A DNA stretch of 64,000 nucleotides from Chlorokybus atmophyticus. Its lineage: Eukaryota > Plantae > Mesostigma and Chlorokybus algae. This document shows positions 51,721 through 62,016 of this stretch, piece by piece. Made by a program: the position numbers and the translations under genes. Position 1 is the stretch's first letter. Every line of letters starts with the position of its first letter. The stretch spans positions 711,397 through 775,396 of the forward strand of contig RHPI01002368.1 of the NCBI GenBank assembly GCA_009103225.1, in the 5' to 3' direction. The notes under the pieces were generated by a model. It saw only the letters and a program-made list of their open reading frames with translations, did not search any database and was not told the DNA's origin.

Positions 51721-54063
51721 TAAGAGCAAAGCTACACCGCCAATGAAGTGACTAGAAAAGTGAACTAACTCAATAGTCCGCGGCCTGTTGGCTATGGGCC
51801 CTCAGTCTAGTCCTACCATGGACCGGACCCGACTGTTCCAGTCCCAATTGCCTGCAGCCTATACATACAACTGCAGTCTATGAGTAGCTTATCAAGTACC
51901 AACTTAACAAGCTACAATAGCTAGCTAAGCTGGCTGGACAATAGCACACAGGTGTCATATGCTATACATGTAGAGAGCAATGCATAACATGCTATATTCT
52001 CCACACTCCCACGCAGGCAGCTTGGCCAGCTCTTAACCTTTAGAACTTGGTCTTCTTTGTCTTCACTGTCCCGATGCCCAATCCTTCACAACATGCCTTG
52101 AACTTCTTCACAGGCAGTGGCTTTGTCATAAAGCCAGCATCTCAGTGCCACAATAGACAAACTCAATCTCATTCCTCGCCTTTCTGTCTCTCACAAAGTG
52201 ATGATGCACGTCAATGTGCTTGCTTTTAGCCGAGAGAATGGGATTTTTCAGTAGCTTCACTGCTCTTTAATTGTCACATGACATCGCCACGCTTCCACAT
52301 GGATGACCAAGGTCTCCTTGCAGTTTCCTAAGCCACAGTGCCTCCTTTGCCGCTGCTGCAGAGGCCATGTACTCTGCTTCTGTAGTGAGGCTGCCACTGT
52401 TGGTTGCAGCTTACTGTTTCAGCTAACCACTCTACCATTCAGCTTGAAGACGTATCCAGTGGTTATTCTTCTGGTATTTAGGTCACCAGCATAATCTGCA
52501 TCACAGTACCTTGCAACTCCTGGTTGCCCCGCCCGTACTGGATGCCAACTGTTGCTGTCTTTGACAAGTAGCGCAGTACTCCTTTGGCCGCCAACCAATG
52601 TTGCATTATTGGAGCAGACATGTACCTTGCCAACTGTCCCACAACATGTGCAATGTCAGGCCAAGACGCGATGGACAGGTAAAGAAGGATCGCCACAAGC
52701 ACGCAACAGGGATACTTGGTCTTATCCAGCTCTTCATCACTGTCCAGTGCTCCCACTAACTGAACTCCCACGCTCAGTGGCACCTCCCTGACATTTGCAT
52801 CGTCAAGACCAAACTTTGTCACCAGCTGCTTCACCGGTTGCTCTTGCGTAATGGTGATAGTTTCAGCAGCTCCGTCTATAGTGACAACCATATGAAGGAA
52901 GTATGTTGTCTCGCGCAAGTCTCTGCACTCAAACATAGCCTGCAGCTGAGTTTTTGATCGCTGCACATTTCACATTCCTGACGCTGCAATTAGAATGTCG
53001 TCCACGTACACCAACAGCCATACATGCTTGCACTCGTGGTAAAACAAGTTTGGATCTGCTAGACTTGTAAACCTCTACTTCTGCAGCTCCTTGCGCAGTC
53101 TTGCACACCCGTGGTGCCTGCTTCAAGCCATATAATGTCTTCACCAATCTGTTTATGTTAATGCCATGTACCATGTTTCCTTCACCAGCCTTGCAAGATT
53201 GTCGTAGCTCAAATGTGCAAAACGGCGATGCCATAGCTGAGCTGTTTTGTCCTTGGCGCATGCAGTAAATGCGCAGCTGTCAATCTTATCATTCACAGTC
53301 CCAGCCTCCCTGATGCAGTAGAGATCTTCCTCGAGCGTGCTCTCCACTCAGGTGACATCCTTCTTTATACTGTACCTTTTATCCCCTTTGAACACAACCT
53401 TTCCTCCACTCTTAGCAGCAACTTGTACAGAGAATAGGCTTGTGCCAAGCTTGGGGACGTACAGACTATCCTTGAGAAGAATGCGTGTCATTGCATTGCC
53501 AACCTTGCAATGCAGATGAACAGTCTCTCTGCTAAAAGCCTCCAACAACTCCTGGTTGCTAAATTCCACTATGATGGGGAAGGATAGGGACTGATAGTCC
53601 TCCATCTTAGGCTGTTGTTGGTGAGATGACGCGTGCAGCCTGAGTCAAGGACCCATGACGAGAAAAATGAGACAGTCCCTACACAGCTTGAAGCCTTATG
53701 TTGTCTCTTTCAACAGTTAGTGGCGCGGAAACCTTCAATTGCTCCCCTTTATTCCGTTCACCAGAGTCTTCAACTTGTTGACAGGCCGTTTATGAACAGC
53801 CCACTTGTTGACAGCCCGTGTTGAGAATCCTTGCGGCAAATGCGACAGTCTTCTCGCTGCTGCCCTCCTCCCTTCCTCTTCGCTTCATTACGCTGCAATT
53901 TCCTGTACTCCTTCCTCCAATAGCCCTCCTTCTTGCAGTAGTGGCACGTTCCCTTCTTTCTTTGAGGACGAGAACTGCCTCCCTGCTGATAATAGCCCTT
54001 GAAGAGTGTTGCTGCAAAAGTAATTGCATCTCCACCACTGTCCGTTTGTTGGAAGTTGGCTTG

Positions 54064-54601
54064 CATAGTTGCACTATTGAGTGCATATTATGGACAAGTT
54101 CGGTCAGCTTAAAATGGCTTAGTCCTTAGTGTACTAGTGGTTATGGTATACAGACTAACATCGAGCAGTTGTGAGTTCAGTGGCAGATATTTAAACAGCA
54201 TATAAGCGACGCGGAGTGTGAGCAAGCCCGAAGACTCCGGACTTGGCTGAGTCTTGCGCAGACTGGCGCAGCTTAGAGCTCCAAAAGGATGGCAAGAACT
54301 TCGTGTGTGGTTAAGTGTATGGCGCGTGGCATATCTTGTTGGAAAGCGTGTAAAGCTAGCTATGGCAAGACTTACAGTGCCGCACTTAGCTGAGTATAGC
54401 TTATGTGGTGCTTGCTAGAGTAACGTGCATATAGACTGGCGAGGTACAAAAGCCCAGCAAAACTCATGATCATTCAAGGTTGTAGAGGACACAATGTAGC
54501 GCGTGTATGCTCTTGCGAGGCGATTGCTGTGCATGTGTGTATGCTCAAGATGTAGCATGCGTGTCTCAGTGCTTGCACCAGATTCGTATGCATGTGTAGT
54601 A
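54064..54601. mobile_element. 538-bp non-coding insertion in Copia gag with a 5-bp target-site duplication
   Basis: GCTTG occurs at 54059-54063 and again at 54602-54606. Removing the insert and one copy restores the minus-strand frame LFGQANFQQ. Confidence 0.7.
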
Positions 54602-55314
54602 GCTTGTCCAAATAACAACACCGCCTTGTTGGCCTTGCGCTGCTTTACTTGCACCAGGTAGGGTGTCGCAGCATCATGGAGAAGCTCAATTGCTGATAAC
54701 TCCAGCACTGTGACCACCATCTCGTACTCTTTTGGCAGGCCTGCTAGGATAGCCCATACCATCTCTGTTTCTCTGACATCATGCTAAACTCTTGTAAGGT
54801 TTCGTTGCAAATTTCGTTCTCGGGCAATGTACTTGACGAGCGGCTCTCCGAGCTCCTTCTTAAATGCACTGAGGTCCTTGCGTAGTTGCAGCCTCCTTGC
54901 GTTGTTTCTGGCATTAAAAGAACCCTGCAACTTCTTCCAACACTCCCGACCAGTCTTGCACTCATTGATCAAGCCAAGGTGATGCTCCTTCACATGCAGG
55001 TTAATGCGTGCAAGAGCCTTCGAGCTATTTTTGGTATAAGCTAATTGTTCACCTGCCCGTTCCTCCGCTCCATCAAGATCCACGTACTCCAAGAGCTGCT
55101 TAGTAATCAGCACCATGTTCATGCGTACACTCCATGTGTTGTAGTTGTCTAAGTCCAGCATCTCCACCATCATCTTGTCGTCACTGATAGCCATGTCGCC
55201 TTCTCCTGCACTCTCTCTCCTTGTGCCAACGGTTGTCGGCTGTCCCTCAGCTCCCACGCTGATCCAGTTAGAGATGTTATAATGGTCCTCAGCTAAACCT
55301 TAACCTAGCTAGAG

Positions 55315-55327
55315 TGGGCCCATAACC
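55315..55327 (-). promoter_or_regulatory. Primer-binding site GGTTATGGGCCCA (half-tRNA-iMet type)
   Basis: Lies directly after the LTR-terminal CA on the minus strand. It matches the internal-tRNAiMet PBS known from Drosophila copia/Hemivirus-type elements. Confidence 0.8.
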
Positions 55328-55623
55328 TGTTGTCAATCAGAGTCAATCAGTGTTAAATGTGCTACAACATTACAACAATGAGCCTATCTCACACATGAGC
55401 ATGTACAGCAGCAGCAGCTTGCACACTTCAGGTATGCAGTGTGGACACTTAACTCTGGCTCAGCACACACAATGTATACTCGTAGCCATTATCTAACTAA
55501 ATGTACACAAGAGTTCCTATTGATTATGCTAGCTATTACAGCCTGTGCTAGCAGACAAAGACCTCTCCTATCCGGAGTCTTCTAGCACCGCCAGAGGTCT
55601 ACTTTATTAATATTGACGCCACA
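55328..55623 (-). repeat. 5' LTR of the Copia element (296 bp, TG...CA)
   Basis: The minus strand begins TGTGGCGTCAAT and ends TGATTGACAACA, directly before the PBS. The TG end is less certain than the CA end. Confidence 0.65.
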
Positions 55624-55784
55624 ACTCCAGTCTTGCAGTTATCTCCTATTGACAGGCGGACTGTTAATGTAGGGGCTGTCAATCCAGGGGCTGTCAATGT
55701 AGGCGATAGTCAATGCAAAGGGGTTGTCCAAGCCGACTATAGCTGGTGAGAACAGTAGGGGCTGTCCTCCAATTAGCGGGGCCT

Positions 55785-58700
55785 CACTCACGGGCATTGG
55801 GGGCAGCGTGCTCTTGTCAAGTGATGTGGGCGAGAGTAGTGGCGCCATCTCCATGCGCTTGGGCGATGCAGCGCTGGCCGGAAGCAGCGGTGCTGCTAAG
55901 GTGGTCATCGGCTCCTTCTGCAGCGGGGACACAGGGGACATTATCATTGAAACTGGCGCCAGCATTAGCACAGCAGGGACCATTGGACCTGCGATGGGTG
56001 CCGGCGATCCCTCATACAGCATCCGCCTTGGCCCCCAGCAATTGGATCTCTTAGTAGCCTGCGTCAGCAACTGTTATACATAGCCCTATTGGAGCTGGGT
56101 ATGCGGCGATTGCTGACAGCACGAGAGCGGCCTTTATCAAGGTGTTGGCAGATGGTGCAGTGTTGCTGAGTAGCTTTGGCTTACAAGGTGTCGCGGTTGC
56201 TGCCGGGGGGGTCTGTCACACTTGATGCTTTTGATTAGGCTGTATTGACAGCTAACTAGACACACGCTATTGTGCACTCTGGCATTGAGACCTTGGTGTT
56301 GCTACCAAGGCGTACGGCTGCTGATCTTCTCTGATGGAAGCGTGCACATGGCGAGCTCAACAGCGGAAAGCATGTTCATTGGCCGCAGACAACTTGTATT
56401 GGCCACTGAGGGTGTTGAGCATGATAGCAACTCTGGAGGTGTTGTGATCACTAGCGGCAAGTCCTTCACAGGTTCCAGCGGTAATGTCACCCTTCGCTAA
56501 GGGGACTCCAGCTTGGGCGGGGCAGCAGGTCACCTGATGGTAGCAGCGGGTGCTGCGAATGCCGAAGGGCAAGGAGGTTTGTTGAAGTTGACCACTGGGA
56601 ATGCAACTCGCTCAACGGGCTCCGCACTGTTGTCAGCGGGTTCCTCTGCCAGTGGCCACTGCCACAGCCGTACATACTTGTGCAACGGCATCATGGTAGA
56701 ACCTGAGCTGTACAGGGCTGTGCTCAAAGGGTGTGATAGCGGTTGCTCTTTGTATGGTGCTGCCGCGTACACGTGCGGCTCCCAGTCCATGACTGTCGAT
56801 GCCAACACCTGCATGCGGTTGCGAGCGGATGCACGCTGCACTGTGCAGGTGGAGCGGTGCTTGTGCGCGGAGGACATGCAAGGGCAGGCGACGGCGGGGC
56901 AGCCCTCATGCAGGGCGGTAGCTCAAGCGTTGGGCTTGGAGGCGGGGTGGTGATCTCAAGCGGAGACGGTGGCGCCGGCCAAGGCAGCGGCAACGTTGTG
57001 CTTAGATCGGCGAGCGGGGCTGAAGACACTGCAAGCGGCTTCATTGTAGTCAGTAGTGGCGTGTCTTGTCCGGGGACTCTGGACACATCGCACTACAGAC
57101 CGGTGCCACCAGCGGCATTGCCGGCAATGTCAGCCTGCTCGTGGGCAGCTCAGCTACGGCCATGAAACTGTCGGACGGCATGGCAGCGTTGTCCATAGCA
57201 GGCACGCACAGCTTCATGGCTACAATGCTGGGCACCTCAGTGCAAGGTCTAAGCCTGGCACTCAACTCCACGGCGGACGGAGTGCTTGTTGCATCCGCTG
57301 CCGGCGAAGCTATCACATTCGCAAGCGGGGCGGGCCTCGGCCAGGCCAGCGCTGGCAGCATCCGCGTAACAGCAGGGGAAGCATCTAGCAGTGACGGTAG
57401 CATCATGCTCAAGGCTGGCGCTGCCATGCAGGAGACGCAGTGCAGCAGCAACACATTTGTATGCGCAGGAGAGGAGATTTCCACGCACGTCTACTATGCA
57501 GTGCTGGAAGGCTGCGACACGGCCTGCTCGTTTTATGGTGCATTGCAGCGAGTACGCGGGGCTGCGCACGTCAGCGTTGAGGACAGGGTAGTGGAGGCCG
57601 TGCTGCAAGGATGCGAAGCACGATGTGCTAGCGGGGCACTCACTATCAGCGTCGGAGATGCATCTGCAGCTGCCGTTGGCCTGGCCACACTGCGTGGCGG
57701 GAACTCAGTCACAGGCATGGGCGGCCATGCAATCATGACCAGCGGCGCTGGCCAAGAAAGCGGTGCTGTGTTTGCGGGTTCAGCTGCAGGTGCAGCAGAC
57801 GGACGCAGCAATGCTGTGACAATCAGCACGGGCAGCTCCTACTCAGGAGACACTAGTGTTACTACCATGCAAACAGGCGGGACCGCGGGCGTGCTAAGCC
57901 GCATCAGCCTGCAGGTAGGAGCAGACCATGCAGCAAGCGCAAGCAAGCTCGATGTCACTGCAAGTAGCATGACCTACATGCTAGAAGACGAAGTGGCCCT
58001 ACATGCGTCACCTCTCGTTACGGCGCTGCGCACTGCGTCTGCCTCAAGTGTGGCGGGTATTGAAGACCATAGTGGCGGTATGCCTGTGCAAGTGCATGGC
58101 AACGGCACAGTCGCCGTCGTGACAGCGATGGACTGCAACATTGGCCTGCACAGCGGTGGGCGCCTTACCCTCGCAACATCTGCACCGAGTGGGCATGTAG
58201 GCATCAGCGATGCCTCAGGCAGCGCGCATGTTCGCATCGGTGGCAATGGCACCATTGACCTTGATGCTAGCGAACACATCAAGCTACGATCTGATGGCAG
58301 CTTCTTCGCGACAGCTGATGCAGCAACAGTGTTGGCAACATCAAAGGCTAGCATCTTCGGTAGTATAGTTGTTGCAGCCAGCACCGGTGACAACGCCTGC
58401 TTGCAACTCGCTTCAGACGGTGCCAGCATCAGTGGTGTCTCCGTAGACATACGTGGCATGCACAGCACGCTGGCAGGAGGCTCAGTTGTCATTCGGGCCG
58501 GAGCAGCGCACGCCGACCAGTGCACTACAGAATACAACTGTGGGGGCCTCGCCGTCTCCGACCAGGTGTACCAGGCCGTGTTGGCAGGCTGTGAGAGCAG
58601 CTGTTCGTTCTACGGCACAACGCAGCGGCACTGTGGTGGGCATGTTGTCGATGAAGACGTGTACGCGGCTGTTCTTATCGGGTGCACAGCTTTGTGTGGC

Positions 58701-61700
58701 GGAGGAACTGTAGCCGTTGTTGGTGGCAACGCTTTGCATTCCAATGGTGGTACAGCAATGCTGCGGGCTGGCAACTCACAGTCCGGTAATGGCGGTGAGG
58801 TGTTGATCGCCAGCGGGGACGGCGACAGCTCGGGCACGGTCACCATGCAATCTGGCTTAGCCCTGGGGACTAGCAACTCGGGAGATATCATGCTTGCCAC
58901 TGACCCATCCTGCAGCGGAAATACAGGCAGCATTCTGCTACAGACGGGCGGTACCGCTGGCCGTGCTGGCGCATTGGCTGTCTCCATTGGAGGCAGCGAT
59001 GACGGCAGCCAAGTGGTACTCAACCAAAAACATTTAAAGCTGGCTGTTGCCGATGCTATTGTCTTCAGTGCCACCAGCTCGCAGGGTACCCTCGCCAGTC
59101 CAAGCATTGCGGGAGTGGTTGGCCTTGCTGATGCATACGGCCGTGTTCCTGTCAAGGTGCTTGGGGATGGTGCAGTTGTCATTGATGCAAACCATGATGT
59201 TAATGTAACAGGCTCCAGCGTGAGATTTGGTGTTGGTGATGGATTCTCTGTGTGCCTCAATGACACGCACATGTCCATCAACAGCGCAATGGTTACAATC
59301 AGTGACGAATTTAATCCTGATGCTGGCATCTGGCTAGCTACTGGGCAGCTGTGGCTTGCCAGTACAGCTTCTGAGTCTACCATAGTGACTGGCGGCACAC
59401 AAGTTGTGACAAACACGACAACATCTGGTACCATGTCCGGTGACATTGTGGTAGCCACATCATCAGCAACATCCGGAGTCAGTGGTAGCGTGCACATTTT
59501 GGGTGGAACTTCTGGCGCAGGAGGTGGTGCCATCTCATTGCCAGGTGGAGACGATACGGACAATGCCGCGAGGGCTGCTGCTGGCTCTGTGGCAATCACA
59601 GCTGGCAATGGAGGGTGCACTGGCGGTGGTATCGCAATTGCTGGCGGAGCCTCCAGCTACACGGACAGTTGCAGCAGCCGGTTCAACTGCAGTGGGATGG
59701 TCGTTGCACCTGTAGTGTAGCAAGCAGTCCAAGAGGGCTGTGATGCAGTCTGCTCTTCCTTCTATGGTGCCGCAAATCGCGTATGTGGCAGCCAAGGCTT
59801 ACTTGTGGACAAGGACACGTACGCGGCGGTGCAACATGGCTGTGAATCTGACTGTATGGGTGGAGCTGTCAACTTGGCTGGTGGAGATGCAAGTAGCGGA
59901 TCTGCTGGAGCAGCCATAGTGCGTGGTGGTATATCAGAGTGGGGTGCAGGTGGCGCTGTCGTGCTTGTTAGTGGATCAGGCGGCGATGGAAGCGGTGATG
60001 TGTTTGTTGGGTCGGCAGGATCTGCGGGCTCGCAAGGCAAGTCGAGGTCTGTCACCAGGGCTACCGCGGCTTCCTGTACAGACGAGTCTGGCAGCATCAG
60101 GCTGCAAACAGGCAGCTCTGGTATTGGTAGGACTGGTGGCATATCCTTGACGGTTGGTGCCATGGACGCACTTGCCAGTCTTTAGCTTGGCAATGACAAT
60201 GTCCATGTCCATCCACAAAGAGCAACGCATCCTAGCAACCAGTATAGGCACAATCATCACTGGCGACATCGTTAATGTGAGCGCCGGTGGCCATCCACAA
60301 CTCTATGCAACCTACAGCAACACGACACTCAATGGACAAGCCGTGAGCATATCAGTGAACCAAGTGCCGCAAGTCATTGCCAACAGCAGCGGGACAACAC
60401 TGACAGGGCAGACTGTGCGTGTTAGCGTCATGGGCAATCACAGTTTGCCGCTACATCCAACAGCACCATGAGGGGAGACACAGTCTCCCCTCATGGTGGT
60501 GCTCTATTCTTGTTGACAGCACAGCGCGATTGCGTGGCACACTTTATAAAACTTCCACTGCGGGACCTGCTGTTGACATCAGTGCGGCTGCCAATGGAGA
60601 CCGCGGAGGATCGGTTGTGGTGTCTGGTGGTATGGCAGCTACCGGAGGAGCAGTACGCATACAGGGTGGTGCTGCTTCTGGCGATTGCAGTGACAGCATG
60701 TACGCCTGCGGTGATGTCATGGTTCCAGTGGATGTGTTCCTTGCAATGGAAGCAAGGTGCGAGGACAGCTGCTCATTCTACGGCGCATCGCATCGCCGTT
60801 GTGGGTTCGGCATTGTTGTGGACGAGGACGTCTACCAAGCAGTTGCATCTAAAACCTGCACACAAAAGTTCGCTGCAGGGACAGTCAGCATGCTGGGCGG
60901 AAACTCAGACACGGCCAGCGGCGGCCATTCCATCATCTGCGGTGGCAGCTCTACTTCAGGCGCTGGTGGCTCCGTCATCATTGCCACAGGCCAGGGTGCT
61001 GACAGCACTGGCCGTATGTCGATTGGTTCTGCAGACATCAGCGGCGATGATGCAACCGGGGATGTTATCGTGCGCACTGCCCGCTCTTGCAGCGGCTACT
61101 CGGGAGCCTGCTGCTGCAGACCGGTGGCACAGCTGGCACACCTGGTAACATTCAGCTTCTTGTGGGTGCTGATGGGCTTGTGAGCAGCAGCGGCCTGACC
61201 ATGTCAGACAATGCGTTTACCGTGAAGTTACAAAGCACGACTGCGTTGATGATAGACCAGAACAGCACTCTGATTGGAGGAATGCAAGATTCTTCCAAAG
61301 TCATGCTGCTCGATCCTTCAAGCCACAAGCGGCTGCAAGTGCTTGACAGCGGCGCCGTGTCTATCAACAGTGCAAGCGCTCAAGCAGTAATTGAAAGTGG
61401 TGGCTCTGTGACTGTCGATGCTGCAGCATCAAAAACACTCTCAATTACTCAGGATGGCAACAATCGCATTGCGATAGCTGCAACTGGCAGCATCAGCTTG
61501 ACACCAGCCACAGGACAAGCGGCGAATGTGGAAAGCAGCTCCAGGACCATGATAGTCAATGTCAGTGCAGCTGCTGCTTCCCAAACAACAACACTTGCAC
61601 TGCAGTCCAATGCAGCAGATGCTTCCCTGACATTCACTGATGGCTCTGGTAGTGGTTCAATTGCATACAGCACCGTGAACGATGGCCTCGTAATCACAGG

Positions 61701-62016
61701 GATGGAGAAATCAACTTGCTCCGTCGTGACTGGCGCAGTGACTTGTAACACAATGGCTGGCATCATCACCTCCGAAACAATGACTTTGAGTGCAGGAGGC
61801 ACAGAGGACATAACCTTGACAGATAGCAGGATCACAGCGAGCAGTGTTGTTGTCGCAATGGTATCTGCACCATGCACGACTTCATCACCATCGTACGCCT
61901 TGCTGGCAGTTGTGTATGTCGGAGTTTCTGCAAACGCAGCTGAGTTTGCTGTGAAAAATCATGACTCGCAAGTGTGTACGACAACCTACAAGTTGTCATA
62001 CTATGTTAAGAACTAG
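55785..62016 (+). pseudogene. Intronless, disrupted gene for a very large Gly/Ser/Ala/Thr-rich repeat protein (fibre/adhesin-like) with five Cys-rich modules
   Basis: Consecutive ORFs 55724-56083, 56513-56953, 56743-57165, 57066-59720, 59805-60185, 60154-60471, 60419-61183 and 61087-62016 share one repeat architecture. They are separated by frameshifts and premature stops, such as TAG at 59718 where other modules have Tyr. No intron-type CA/TG tracts are present. Confidence 0.85.

Larger units (their letters stand above)
51786..55623 (-). mobile_element. Decayed, internally deleted or chimeric Ty1/Copia LTR retrotransposon
   Basis: gag (NYNTWSVRM), zinc knuckle CHYCKKEGYW, protease WVLDSGCTRHL, pre-integrase LWHRRFAHL, RT LYGLKQAPR and YVDDILI, RNase H region, polypurine-like GCGTGGGAG at 52014-52006, and PBS at 55327-55315. 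The left boundary is tentative. Confidence 0.9.

Noticed and set aside
51786-51800. Plus-strand GGCTATGGGCCC as a second primer-binding site
   Set aside because: It has one mismatch, is not preceded by an LTR-terminal CA, and no plus-strand gag follows.
57974-60163. Long minus-strand ORFs opposite the fibre-like pseudogene
   Set aside because: They are antisense shadows of Gly/Ser/Ala-rich codons and show no independent motif.
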